Part shown: positions 12,322-26,850 of the stretch, piece after piece
Layout: every line of letters starts with the position of its first letter
Numbering within the stretch: position 1 is the first letter of the stretch
Assembly: GCA_951406725.2 (NCBI GenBank)
Contig: OX597820.1
Coordinates: forward strand, 61,628,001-61,692,000
Reading direction: 5' to 3'
DNA from: Octopus vulgaris
Taxonomy: Eukaryota
Length of the DNA stretch: 64,000 bases
The notes under the pieces: generated by a model
The model's input: the letters and a program-made list of their open reading frames with translations, nothing else
Told to the model about the DNA's origin: nothing
Database searches by the model: none
Translations under genes and position numbers: made by a program

Positions 12322-12924
12322 TCCCTCTCTCTCTCTCTCTCTTTATACACTCTCACACATACGTATAAATACATAATACATGATCTGTACAGTAAGATCG
12401 TTATACATGAAGCGGTCTCTTCTTAATAACAATTATATACGTCGGTTACAAACATATACAGACATAGGAAACACTTAAGTCCAACCTGTATTTTGTGAAG
12501 AAATTTCACGTAATAACTGCGAACAGAATAGATAAGTTATTCTTCGCTTGTTTTATTGGAAAAATATCTTCTTGAAGTAAGGATTGGCTAAATATATTGT
12601 TCTGTCAAAATTATTACAAGCTGTCTTGGACATGAGAATTAATTCTACAATTCTGCAGAGTAGCTGGAAACATCGAGAACAAAATAGCTAATCCGCAGTA
12701 ACTACCCCCAGATAGGCTAGGACGCAATAACATCAGACGACATATCAAGGTGTAACCAATGTCAATACTGTATGTACAATGGTGTAGTGACTTCGAGCAC
12801 AGCCTAGTTGCTTCGAGTCAGGACCCTGAATAGCGGCGGAATCAACTAACAAATAAATGTAGACTGTTTCTGTCTCTCATTTGTAAAACCAAAAGCACAG
12901 GCGTGTGTGGAGGATACACACACA

Positions 12925-12996
<72 letters not shown>

Positions 12997-13567
12997 TACA
13001 CACATTCACATTCACATACACACATTCTACGCACACACACACACAAACACACACATACACACATGCACATGTACGCACGCACGCACCTCACACTCACAAA
13101 TACATTGTTTGCTGGAGTAAATTGTAGCAGACTGGTTTGGCTGATATTTTGGACTCATTTGGTGATTAGTGATTCGTCGAATTACGCTAGGACGATCGCA
13201 TCAACAGCAAGATCAGCGATGCAAAGAAGGCAATGCTCAAAGTCATCCTAAACAGTCTGAGATCTCAGACAGAAAATATCATAGCTGAGAAACTGGCAAG
13301 ATTCCGGAAAGGTAGAAGCATGCTTGAGGAGATTTTAATTTCCACACTCTCTCTGCAAGTAATACCTTTACTACGAAAGAGAATTATACCACATCTTTCA
13401 TGAAATTGAAGAAGACGTTTGGTTGAGTTTTGCTTGATATACAAATATGTTTGCCTGAGTCAGGCACCGTATACGTTCACACACACAAACACACACAAAC
13501 ACTCATGCACACATGCACGCATATACATACATACATACATACATACATACATACATACATACATACA

Positions 13568-13598
<31 letters not shown>

Positions 13599-13609
13599 GT
13601 ACATGCACA

Positions 13610-14828
13610 CGAGGGTGGGCTGAAAAGTTCATAGGCTGAAAAGTTCATAGACTATGATGGAGTGATGCCAGAGCCGTGAAATCTTGCATGCATTAATTTC
13701 AACTCTCCTTATTAATAACAGAATTCTTTCTTTCCAGGTAAACTCGCATCTGACTGTCCCAAAAAGACTTCAAAAGTTACTAATAACGATTTCTCTTGAA
13801 ACTGGATAAAGTTTCGCATCGTAATGTAATCAACCACTTGCAGAAAAAGAGTTTAGCCCCCCCCCCACCAGCACATTCATGTTGTCATGGTTGCTACATT
13901 AGGGAATGACGTCTCAAGCTTTATCAGCAGTGCATAAGTGGGAAGCGGAATTTAGGAGGGGACGGGAGAATCTTGAAGATGAATCAAGGTCTGTATCTCC
14001 TGCAACTGCCACCACTGAGGAAAACATCGTGTTCATCAGATGGTGATGGATGACAGGCGAATATCCAGTGCTACAAACATATCTCGTGATAGAGTTGAGA
14101 ATATACTGCACAAACCTTGGCATAACAAAGGTGCCACGTCTTCTGACATAATCAAAAGCTCACCAAGCTAATCACATCACGGGAAAACCTGGCTTTGGCA
14201 TTGTTTGAGGCAGATACGGTTGGTTTCCTTGAACGTTTCCTCACATAGGATGAGTGTTACTTTCATCACTTAGAGCCAGAGACAGGGACAGTCCATGCAG
14301 TGGAAACACCCGCTCCTCACCCGCTCCAAAAACGGCCAAGATCGGTTCATTTTCAGGGAATGTGGTGCCTCAGATTTTTGAGATACAAAAGGCATTGTGT
14401 TTATTAATTATCTTCAAAAGGGTCACACTATCAATGGAGAGTACTATGCCAAATTGCTGAGGCAGTTATGAAAGGCTACCAATACCAAATGTCAAGGGAA
14501 ACCGACGAAAGGGCTCTTGTTTCATCAGAACAATGCTCCAGCATACAAGTCCTTAGTTTCAATGGCTGCAGTGCCTGGCTGTGGCTTTGAACTGGTTGAT
14601 CGTCATCACTATTTAGACCCATCTGGCTATCCTCGTAGTGATGATGACGTCATATCTACTATTGTTGAGTTTTTGACCAACAGGATGAAAGCTTCTTCAT
14701 GAATGGGATCCAAGCACTGATGGAAGAAGTGTATGAACTGCAAGATGGACTATTTTGAAAAATAAATCTCATTTGGTCACATTCCATGAGTGTCTTGGTC
14801 AGACTATGAACTTTTCAGCCGACCCTCA
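13610..14828 (+). mobile_element. Near full-length defective mariner (irritans/Himar1-like)
   Basis: TIRs CGAGGGTGGGCTGAAAAGTTCATAG / CTATGAACTTTTCAGCCGACCCTCA|TA; 1.22 kb; frameshifted transposase motifs RGRENLEDESRS..TEENI, T*DECYFHHLEPET, SMQWKH, HQNNAPAYKS; inside (TACA)n. Confidence 0.9.
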
Positions 14829-14853
14829 TATGATGTATGTATGTATGTATACG

Positions 14854-14886
<33 letters not shown>

Positions 14887-14959
14887 GTGTGTGCGTGTGT
14901 ATGTGTATGTATGTATACATACATACATATATACATACATACATACATACATACATACA

Positions 14960-14995
<36 letters not shown>

Positions 14996-15369
14996 TATAT
15001 ACATACACACTCACATTCACATTCACATACATGCACAGATGCACACGAGTTGTTGTTTGGAAGTAGAACACCCCTATTGGCTGGCTCCTAATGGAGTGTG
15101 CCACAATATAAATGGACATGTGCAGACAGTCTTGAGCAGTGTAAAGCCGAGAGTTGCGTATTATCTTGGGTTATCACCAGTTTATTGAGTAGAACAATTT
15201 GCAAGGACATTATTATTATTATTATCCCGTTATGTCGTACGTCGAACGTGCGATACGACACACGTATATATAAAGTTGATTGTTTTATGCATTTAAAGCA
15301 AAAGGTCACTTTATATCTTTCTGGAGTGTATCAGTTTATTTTTGCAAAGAAAAATTGAACAGTTACCTC

Positions 15370-15905
15370 TAAGTTTCGGCGTTGTAGTTCTTATAAACTT
15401 CAAATAAGTTTGATTTTGCGATGTCAGTCTGTTTAAGTTTTAGTGGTTCATCTTGTGGATGGAGCAATGCGGCTGAAAAGTATGTACGCTGTAATAGAGT
15501 ATTTGCGGGATATAAAGAGAGGTCTTTAAGGATAGTATATGGAACTTTGTAAGAAAAGAATGAAGTGGTAGGGTAAGAAAAGTGCATGATTGATAATGAA
15601 GCAAGGGGTAAAGAGGGTAATAAAGCAAATGTTTAAATAGTCGGGTAGAAAGGACAGAATAGTAAATACATTTTTCTGGATTGATGGTAAAAGCTTAGAC
15701 GAAAATAGTTGGGTAGCAACTGCTAAGTTATTTATATTAAATGTGGCAATGTTTGCTTATATAGTCTTGCTTAGGTTCACAGAAATACACTTTTTATATC
15801 ATATCTACATTGCAACTACGTCGTTTCATCCAAAGAAAAAGAAACCCATCCCTGTACAGTCAGGTGACGGTTACTAACCCGAATCATCGATGTAACTTGC
15901 AATCT

Positions 15906-15908
<3 letters not shown>
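15370..15908 (-). mobile_element. Penelope-like relic with degenerate hammerhead
   Basis: Minus 15902-15810: GCAAG..TCGATGA TTCGGG..TTTGGAT GAAAC GAC GTA GTTGC; adjoins (TA)n. Confidence 0.45.
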
Positions 15909-16003
<95 letters not shown>

Positions 16004-16008
16004 GTATA

Positions 16009-16046
<38 letters not shown>

Positions 16047-16104
16047 GTATATGTATAATGTATATATATATATATATATATATACATTATACATATACAT
16101 ATAC

Positions 16105-16180
<76 letters not shown>

Positions 16181-16183
16181 AAA

Positions 16184-16425
16184 TCTTTACTCTCTTTTTT
16201 TAATCTTTTACTTGTTTCAGTCATTTGACTGTGGCCATGCTGGAGCACCGCCTTTTAGTCGAGCAAATCGACGCCAGCACTTATTCTTTGTAAGCTTAGT
16301 ACTTATTCTATCGGTTTCGCTTGCTGAACCGCTAAGTTAGGGGGACGTAAACACACCAGCATCAGTTGTCAAGCGATGTTGGGGGGACAAAGACAGACAC
16401 ACAAACACACACACACACAGACACA

Positions 16426-16475
<50 letters not shown>

Positions 16476-16637
16476 CATATATACGACGGGCTTCTTTCAG
16501 TTTCCGTCTACCAAATCCACTCGCAAGACTTTGATCGGCCCGAGGCTATAGTAGAAGACACTTGCCCAAGGTGCCACGCAGTCGAACTGAACCCGGAACC
16601 ATGTGGTTCGTAAGCAAGCTACTTACCACACAGCCAC
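16184..16637 (-). mobile_element. SINE family A, nearly full length
   Basis: All segments from GTGGCTGTGTGGTAAG to ACTGAAACAAGTAAAAG tail. Confidence 0.92.
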
Positions 16638-16696
16638 TATGCACATATATATATACATACATATATATATGTATATGTATACATACATAATAATAC

Positions 16697-16781
<85 letters not shown>

Positions 16782-16786
16782 AACAT

Positions 16787-16915
16787 GCGCAGGCATGACT
16801 GTGTGGTAAGTAGCTTGCTTCTCAACAATACGGTTACGGGTTCAGTCCCACTGTCTGACACCTTGGATAGCCTTGTGAGACGGTTAGGTAGATGGAAATA
16901 GAAAACCAGTCGTAT
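16787..16915 (+). mobile_element. SINE family A head (degenerate)
   Basis: GCGCAGGCATGACTGTGTGGTAAGTAGCTTGCTT..GGGTTCAGTCCCACTG. Confidence 0.75.
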
Positions 16916-16954
16916 ACATACATACATGCATACATACATGCATGCATGCATACA

Positions 16955-17300
16955 TACAGCTGTCTAGCGGATGTTTACATAAATCTGAAGATCAGTGAAA
17001 AAGAGAACACCTATGCTGAACAATGGAGAAATCTGCAGCCATTCTATCCAGGTTATAAGTTCTGGTTTATATCTGTAATTATTGGGGCACTGGAGATATT
17101 TAACATATTGTCTAAATACCAGTCTTGAGAAATTAGGCTCCTCAAAACCAGAAAGGAGAAAGCTGTTTCGAAGACTACAGATCCAACCCATCACTGGAAC
17201 TGTAAAAATCTGTAAAACTTTCCAAAAGTTTATCATTTAAGTATACGTGACCATGTCTAGATATGCAAAGTAAATGCATGAGAATACATACATAAAACAA
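16955..17300 (+). mobile_element. RLE-type (R2-group) non-LTR retrotransposon 3' fragment
   Basis: SCLADVYINLKISEKENTYAE..FISVIIGALE then LEKLG..LQIQPITGTVKICKTF*: K..Y and IIGALG-like motifs. Confidence 0.65.
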
Positions 17301-17366
17301 AGCATACAAATATGTACGTATACATACATACATATGTGCATACATACGTACGTACATATATACATT

Positions 17367-17420
<54 letters not shown>

Positions 17421-17450
17421 CAAACATACAAACATACATATATATATACA

Positions 17451-17488
<38 letters not shown>

Positions 17489-17514
17489 CATACACTTTAT
17501 TACTATCAATGCTG

Positions 17515-17618
17515 CACAATGAACTGCTACTCAGAGTTTCACGTTCCCGTTCATAGGACATTTTAGATTGAGAGTCCGACGAACAGGAACGTGAAAGTCC
17601 GAGTAGTAGTTAATTGTG
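17515..17618. other. Long imperfect inverted repeat (45-bp arms, 14-nt loop)
   Basis: CACAATGAACTGCTACTCAGAGTTTCACGTTCCCGTTCATAGGAC pairs with GTCCGACGAACAGGAACGTGAAAGTCCGAGTAGTAGTTAATTGTG. Confidence 0.9.
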
Positions 17619-17715
17619 ATATTTCTGTGATATTTTTGAAGCTTTAATAGTAATAAAGCATATTACTCTACCTCCGGTATTTTTCCACCTTGTTTCATAT
17701 GAATGTGCTTACTTT

Positions 17716-17784
<69 letters not shown>

Positions 17785-17785
17785 A

Positions 17786-18585
17786 ATGGAACAAAGACGC
17801 AATAGAGGACAATAAGACATCAGGACAAATAGACAATATAAAGGAGGACAGGAAAAGAAGGACGGGTCAGTCGTGGCCGTCTTTCTTCAGTCAAGTTACC
17901 AGATATCCTTACATTTTTGGGCAGTTACATTTTAGACTGTTCGATCTGGTTGCCACCCCACTAAAAGTCTAAGAGCTTTAGATTTTTTTGCAAGAAAGCA
18001 AGCGAATGTGTACGACAACAAATACAAAAAAAAAACGGAGATCATGTTACACAATTACAAATACAAACAAGAGTATAACAAGAGGTGTCTTTCGACTGAG
18101 AACGAATCAAATTGAGCTGGCGTGTATAAAGTGAAAGCCTTAAGGCAGGAACATAGGAGGTGGACATAAGAGGTGCTGGCGGCCGGCAGTCAGGCCAAGA
18201 AAGAAAGATCATAGCTGACCAAACACCGGTCACGCGGAAGGAGGAGCGAGGGGTAGGGGGCAGTGGGACTGAAGGAATAGAAAAAATCAGAGACAAAGGG
18301 AAAGGTACAGGGGAAATAAACGAGGAGGAAAAGCAGGAGTTAAAGGAAGAGAGAACCAAGAAATGTGTGGGAGGGGGAGCGAGAAAAATAAAAGAGGAAG
18401 AAAGTAACTAAACGACAGAGTAAAAGAATCGTACAAAATTTAGATACATACTTACAATAAGGTGAGCAAAAATGTAGGTACGCCGCTATATGCATATATA
18501 AATATAAAAAAATGGAACAAAAGCGCAATAGAGGACAATAAAACAACCGGACAGATAGACAATACGAAGGAAGACAGCGGGATAA
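17786..18585. repeat. Element with ~65-bp terminal direct repeats (possible Penelope-like pLTR)
   Basis: AATGGAACAAA..CGCAATAGAGGACAATAA.ACA..GGACA.ATAGACAATA..AAGGA.GACAG at ~17786 and ~18511; purine-rich interior. Confidence 0.55.
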
Positions 18586-18589
18586 ATGG

Positions 18590-19350
18590 TGTTACCATTT
18601 GGTGTGAGTATGAAGAGATTGTTGCCATTTCCAACCCTGGAACAGCCAACATAGGAGATAACCATGGGAAAAACACTGCTGCATGAGATGAAGTCCAACA
18701 ATTTTCAGTGATCGTCCCTGACTCATGTTAATTGACTTTGCAAAACTAACTTTTACTGGAAATTGAAGTCTCTTGAATTCAAACGGCATGTCTGCTAGAA
18801 TCAGTGAAATTCTTGGAATAGACTCATTTTCTCCCTTTCTTTGTCCAGTGAAGGTTGTCGTTTCCAAAAGACGTGGATGCATTTGACTAACAATTAGTCT
18901 TGTTCCATTGGACAGCTTTCGAACTAAATTTCTCAAAGTATGATTGGAAGTATTTTCTTCAATATCAATTTGTGAGAAGGCATTCCAGGAGGATCCAAAG
19001 AGTTAAGAAACTGAATAGGATAATTCACAGCCTCATTGGGGTCCACAACAGTATCAAGTGAGAAATAATTTTTTTCCTCAGTATTGATTGAGTGATTTCC
19101 AGTTGATGATCTGGACAGTTTCATTCTTTGGTGTAAGTATGGCCTTTCACAAAGCCAATCATGATCTTGATAAATTATGTCCAATGTTTGAGTAAACCTT
19201 GGCAAGCAACTCTTCTACAGTTTTGACCAAAATGCCACAGCCATTTGGAAAAGTGATGTCTCCATTACTGTCTTGCTGAATGCTTCCATTTCTCAGATCC
19301 AGCAGCTGAGCTTCAAATCTACTAACATCCAAATCTCTGAATAAACTGAA
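18590..19350 (-). pseudogene. Helitron RepHel Pif1-like helicase C-terminal fragment (frameshifted)
   Basis: NYPIQFLNSLDPPGMPSHKLILK; RNL..LSNGTRLIV; IPRISL..PFEFKRLQFPVKVSFAKSINMSQGRSL..VGL.L...CFSHG; YVGCSRV: diagnostic helicase motifs. Confidence 0.92.
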
Positions 19351-19353
19351 CTC

Positions 19354-19475
19354 TGCCGAAAGTTTGATCCGGCCGGAAGTCTGATCACGCCAAAAATCCG
19401 ATCTGACCGAAAGTCCGATTTAGGCAGAAGTCCAGTTTGGGCCGAAAGTCCGATTTAGAGCAAAAGTTCGATTTG
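19354..19475. repeat. ~20-bp tandem repeat, about 6 copies
   Basis: GCCGAAAGT(C/T)(C/T)GAT(C/T) units. Confidence 0.8.
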
Positions 19476-19849
19476 TTCAATATTTTCTTCAGAGTGCTTC
19501 AATTCACAAACTCAGTGGAACTTCGAAACCTCACGGACAAGAAACCTCTCACTGTAACTTGGATCTAGTTTTAAATGAACTAAATTGAAAATATTTTTTT
19601 AAATTCACAGAGTTTTGGTATTAACTTAAATTCAGTTTAAATGAAAAACTTGTAAGTTCACAAATTTTTTGAGTTCTTTTAAAATTTGAATTTTCACCTG
19701 TAAGCATATAACAAATACTCATCCAGACCTAATCCTAATGTTGGATATTCAAGAATCAAATGACGGACAGATTTTCAATCCTGGATCGTCCTGATTCCAA
19801 AAAGGTATATCGCTATGTAGAGCAAATATAGACTGAGATACAGGGGTCC

Positions 19850-20490
19850 CGGACGCGAATTTGTTTTTCCTACGAGAGTTCCGGACACCAGTAATGAACT
19901 CATTTGCATATAGCCAATCAGAGCTCACCTTGATCTTGTTGTCATAACATTCCTGAATGTGTTAAAAACAACCAATCTCTTGGTAAAACACACTCTACCA
20001 AGTAAACTCAAATCGAAGAACAGTGTAGTAAGTCGACCGATCGCCAAGTTTTGCCTGATTTTAGAAGGATAAAGTAATTAGATAGATTTGCATCTATACC
20101 TATTATCGGATTTTGTTAGGGCCCCAGATAGTAAAAATGTGGATGGGGAAAATGTGGGTAGAGGATGATGTGCCAGCAATTCTTTCCCCTTACTGTTTTA
20201 CAAAGTAAACAGCAACAACAACAACAGAACTACGCAGAGGCAGCTATGGTTGAAACAAGAACAAGAACAACAAACGTTATTAAAAGAGAAAAGAAGCATG
20301 GTCATCCCTTACCCAAGTGACCTTACCGTATCGCTCATCACTTGTTATAAGCTCATAAATTAGTCTGATAGTTGAACTCTGATTGGCTGTATGCAAATAA
20401 GTTCATAACTGGGGTACGGAACTCTCGTGGGAAAAAAATTTCGCGTCCCAGACGGATAGACAGATATAATTTTGCGTTTATTATAACATA
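19850..20490 (-). mobile_element. Probable Helitron 5' region with ~77-bp internal inverted repeats
   Basis: 19851-19928 GGACGCGAATTTG..CCAATCAGAGCTCA is the inverse of ~20372-20447; minus strand from ~20490 reads TATAATAAACGCAAAATTATATCTGTCTATCCGTC like a Helitron 5' end, co-oriented with the helicase fragment. Confidence 0.55.
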
Positions 20491-20502
20491 TATATATATA
20501 TA

Positions 20503-21780
<1,278 letters not shown>

Positions 21781-21879
21781 TCGGGGTGAGTACTTGATAA
21801 TTATAAGCACCTGTGTATACCGTTTGGTGGTGTAGGTGGTGGAGTATTTTGATCAATTTATATATATATATATATATAT

Positions 21880-22105
21880 ATGTATGTCTGTCTTTGTGCC
21901 TTTGTCCCCCACCATAGCTTGACAACCGGTGTTGGTGTGATTACGTCCCCGTAACTTAGCGGTTCTGCGAAAGAGAAACGATAGAGTTCCAGGCTCGAGA
22001 GAAAAGTACCGGAATCGATTCATTCAACTGAAAGAATTCTTCAAGGCGGTGTCCCAGCATGGCCGCGGTCTAATGACTGAAATACGTAGAACAGAAAAGA
22101 TAAAG
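21880..22105 (+). mobile_element. SINE family A 3' half
   Basis: TTTGTCCCCC..GCTTGACAACCGG..TAACTTAGCGG..CCAGCATGGCCGC..ATGACTGAAA. Confidence 0.8.
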
Positions 22106-22677
22106 GATATATACATACATTTGTGAGTGTATATGCCAACATCTACAAACACGTTATATAGTTATATAAGAAGCTGTTGTAGTAAATAATTGGCTGTTCA
22201 CATAGATACAGGAGTGCTCGCACTTACATATATGCACATACATATATGCACATACATATATGCACACACATATATGCACACACATGCATACATTAACAAA
22301 CATTCATATTCATACGCAAATAAATAGCATTATGCTTTCAAATCTAAAGGATAAAAATACATGGCAATAACTTCATTGTTATAAATATATATATTAATCA
22401 CTTTCGCTATACGCACCAAAACATGTATGTATGTATGTATGTATGTATGTATGTATGTATGTATGTATGCATATATATATATGTATGTATTTATGTATGG
22501 ATGTTATGGATGTGTGTATGTACGCACACACACACACACACGCACACATACACACAAACGCAGACACATACAGACACAAACACACAAACAAAACAGAGAG
22601 AAGCAAATACTGTGAGGTTCACACACAGAATAGAGACACAGAGACGATAAGAAGTAACCATAGATATAGATATGAAA

Positions 22678-22709
<32 letters not shown>

Positions 22710-22743
<34 letters not shown>

Positions 22744-22845
22744 GTTTAACGTCCGCTTTCCATGCTAGCATGGGTTGGACGGTTCAACTGGGGTCTGGCA
22801 AGCCCGAAGGCTGCACCAGGCCAGTCAGATCTGGCAGTGTTTCTA
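22710..22845 (-). mobile_element. 3' end of a SINE/LINE with (GAT)n tail (RTE-type tail suspected)
   Basis: Minus strand ends ..CCCATGCTAGCATGGAAAGCGGACGTTAAACGATGATGAT; palindrome CCATGCTAGCATGG near the tail. Confidence 0.6.
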
Positions 22846-23421
22846 TACACATACATACATATATGTTACACATACATGCCTCAACCTATGTATATATATA
22901 TACATATACATACACATATATATTATACATACATGCTTCAACCTATGTATATATATGAGTGTGTGTATGTATGTATATATATATGTATGCATGTAAACAT
23001 ACATGTAGAACAAACACAAACATATCCGTAAATACTCATGCGCGCATGCGTCTTTGAAACACCCGTATGGACACATACATATGTGTGTGTATTCATGTAT
23101 GTATTAGTGTATAAATAGTTTTGATATACATGCATACAAACGTACATGAATAAATACCTACCTACCTACATACATGCACACATTCATACAAATAAGCATG
23201 TGCACATAGTCACACTCATACATAGACACACTCACACATGCTCACATATATACACCCGTACAATACTTTGTGCATGCATATATACATACGTAGCAATCGA
23301 AGCAAAGAAAAGAGTTGAACAATTTCGTGAATTTGTTTGGCTTTTCTATATTTGCTTTATTACTTTGCTTGTAGTATTGAGTACTTTGAGACCATTGTTG
23401 TTTGTTTGTACATCTGTACAA

Positions 23422-23474
<53 letters not shown>

Positions 23475-24141
23475 CACACACACACACACATATATATATA
23501 TACATATACATACAGTGATATACCGACGCATACGCACACACTCATACACACATGTATGCTAGATATACTGTTATAAGCTGTTATATAAAATCAATATCGA
23601 CATTGCAAAAAAAAAAAAAAGAATAAATAAATACAATAGTAAAGATAAAACAAAAAAAACCCAAACAAACAAAAAACAACGACAACAAAAAACAAAACAA
23701 AACGAAAACTGAACGTTAGAAAATAATAATAAAAAGTGAAAAAAAAATAATTTCATTTGCTTGTTGAAATACACATTTAGTTTCTGTCTAAAAATCCATT
23801 ATTAGATTTCTAGTCAGAATATTATTTACGTCGTATACATATGTCCATACTAGCAGAAAACCAGGATCCGAAATTGTCTGCCAATGTCTCTACGATTCAT
23901 AAGAGATAATAAAACAATTTGAAATGTTGAATTTGATTATGGCCTCGGCCATTGAAGTCACATAATCTCGGATAAAGAAACGAATGTGGGAAAGTGATTA
24001 TGATAGAAAAGAAAATTGATACAGCAGACGATACAAAATGGAAGCAGGCCACTATTACTCACATAAAACACCTACTAGAAGTAATGTTTCATTATTTTAC
24101 TTTCGTTCTGTCTTAAATAAAAAAAAAAACCCACACAAAAT

Positions 24142-24247
<106 letters not shown>

Positions 24248-24269
24248 GCCTGTCTGTCTGTCTGTCTGT

Positions 24270-24306
<37 letters not shown>

Positions 24307-24308
24307 TG

Positions 24309-24359
<51 letters not shown>

Positions 24360-25099
24360 GTCTATCTATTCTTTGGATGTCTGGCTATATCTAGAGTCTA
24401 TATCTGTAGTCCGTCGATATCTATATTTCCCGCTTCTCTCCACCGCTCGCTCTCGTCTGTGTATGTATTTCTTTTGGTCCATCCCATTCTATTCTTTTTA
24501 AAAAGTTTTCTCTTTATCTCTCATTTCACTCCAATTTTCTTTATCAGCTTTTCTTATTAAGTTCCTCCTTCGTCTTCTCATTCACCATTTCTTCTTTATC
24601 GTTTAACCTCTCTCTTTTCTTGCTTCTCCACTTCGTTTTAGCTAATTTCCCTTTCTCTATCGTTTACAAATATGCATTTTCCTCTTTCTGCACCTTACTT
24701 TTCTCTGTTTTCCTCACTTTCTTGCTCTTTGTATTTTTGTTCATATAATATCCTATCTAACTATCTCTTCTCTCTTCTCTTCTCACTTTCATACGATCTC
24801 TGTCTCACTGTTTTATCCGTCTCTGCTTGTCTAACTGCTCACTATCTGTCTGTTTCCATTGGTCCCCACTCTTTCTCTTATTATGGTTAACCACAATGAA
24901 TACTCAATAATATATCCGTCTGATGGTTTGATCTGTATGCTTGTGCTCGTCTAATCTGCGTGTGTCAATTATATGTGTGTTTCTACTTTTTCTCCTCATA
25001 TATTTCTGCTCGTGAATGCATACGTGTGTGTACCGCGCATGTGAACACGATATGGAAATGCAAGCAATGATATATATATATATATACACATAGAGTATG

Positions 25100-25920
25100 A
25101 GGTTTAGTTCACTGGTGATCTAAACGCTAAGTGCTATAATTGGTCATCCATTAGGTTCCAAGTTCACAGCTGAGGCTGGAGCTAAGGAACCGTGTTGGGC
25201 TTCCATGTTAGCTGGTATTCGTTATGTTAGAAGAAAAAGGACAACAAAAACTAAGGCAGAATGAGTATCTAAAGTCACTTAGCAAAAATTCATTCATTAG
25301 AGCAAAGTGAATTTGAAGTCTTACAGCTGTTTCTGGGATATCCCAAGTAATAGGTTAGCATGTCCGTACACTGGGTATTCCGTCATCAGAGAAAAGTAGG
25401 TATGTATGAAAGTTCTAGACAGGGAAATTCACAGTTTATAAGGAATAAACAATAAAAAAGAGAAGAATAAAGAGTAAAAGTAGATAGGATATTACAGACA
25501 GGAGAATATGTTGGTTCGTACTCCCGTGAAGGCATAGGCCCTTAAGTATAATCCCAGGTAAATTCAGGCAGAGTTTTGAATGATGCGTTCGTGTTGAAGT
25601 AATGGATTAATTGGTTAGCTAGTACATAAATGGTCTACGTGGGTATAGAGAGTGAGATAGACAGAAATGGGTTGTGAGTGAGTGGATAGAAGAGAGAGGA
25701 GAAAGAGATAGAAAAGAGAGAAAAGAAAGGGATGGAAAAGAATGGGAAAGGTGTAGGAAAGAATGAATGAGAGGGAAAGTAAAGTAAAATCAAAAATAAA
25801 AAAATAAAATAAAATAAAAAAAATTAAGTTAGTGATAAGATACTAGTATTATTCATCGCAAGTGTCGATACGAGGTGAGAGGTCAGGCGTTAAGGTTTTG
25901 GAAAGGTAGAAGAAAAAGGT
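25100..25920 (-). mobile_element. Penelope-like relic
   Basis: Contains the hammerhead at 25319-25392, a purine-skewed tract and a (TA)n border; boundaries inferred. Confidence 0.45.
25319..25392 (-). ncRNA. Type I hammerhead ribozyme motif
   Basis: TCT-CTGATGA-CGGAATACCCAG..TTGGGATATCCCA-GAAAC-AGCT-GTA-AGA; core intact, 3-bp stem I, first stem II pair mismatched. Confidence 0.7.
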
Positions 25921-25969
25921 ATTTATAAATTAAATACACGCACGCGCACACACACACACGCACACACAT

Positions 25970-26368
25970 AGGTGCAGGAGTGACTGTGTGGTAAGTAGCT
26001 TGCTTCACAACGACATAGTTCCGGGCTCAGTCCCACTGCGTGGCACCTTGGGCAAGTGTCTTCTACTGTAGCCTCGGGCCGACCAAAGCTTTGTGAGTGG
26101 ATTTGGTAGACGGAAATAGAAAGAAGCCCATCGTATATGTATATATACGTATATGTATATATGTATGTGTGTATATGTTTCTGCGTCTGTCCCTCCACCA
26201 TCGCTTGACAACCGATACTGGTGTGCTTACGTAACTTAGCTGTTGTGCAAAAGAGTCCGATAGAATAAGTACTAGGCTTACAAAGAATAAGTCCTGGGGT
26301 TGATTTGCTCGACTAAAAAGGGTGCTCCAGCATGGCCACAGTTAAATGACTGAAATAAATAAAAGAAT
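25970..26368 (+). mobile_element. SINE family A, full length
   Basis: GGTGCAGGAGTGACTGTGTGGTAAG..CCTTGGGCAAGTG..ATGACTGAAATAAATAAAAGA. Confidence 0.92.
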
Positions 26369-26659
26369 ATATATAAAATATAAATGAGTAACAGTAGTGG
26401 TAGAGGTGTCAATCCACTACAGCCGTTTCTAGCGACTCCTATAATTGATTAATGAAAACACTACGCCATGGTAAATAAAACGTTTTCGTCAGATGAATTC
26501 ATGAACTTCAAAATAAAGGGCGTTCGAAATGATTTTACATACAGTTCTGCATTTAAGAGATGAGGAATTATGTACATTATTTAAGAAACTCAATAAGTTC
26601 AAAATTCTTATAATTTGAACTTTATTTTTTTTGCTCAAATAATTGCTTCTGGTATAGGA

Positions 26660-26850
26660 ACAGGGCATGAAATTTTTTTGGAGGTGAGGGCTAGTCGAAT
26701 ACATCAACTCCAGTGCTCAACTGGTACTTATTTTATCGACCTTGAAAGGATAAAAGGTGAAGTCGAACTCGGTGGAATTTGAACTCAGAACGCAAGTAGC
26801 CGGAAGAAACGCTGCTAAGCATTTTGCTTGATGCGCTGACAATTCGCCAT
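26660..26850 (-). mobile_element. SINE family B (degenerate)
   Basis: CTGGTACTTATTTTATCGACC..GGAATTTGAACTCAGAACG..TTCGCC. Confidence 0.8.

Noticed and set aside
18160-18411. 83-aa charged ORF
   Set aside because: Purine-rich low-complexity interior of a repeat.
18592-19205. Host PIF1 gene
   Set aside because: Frameshifted, intronless, Helitron-type motifs in transposon context.
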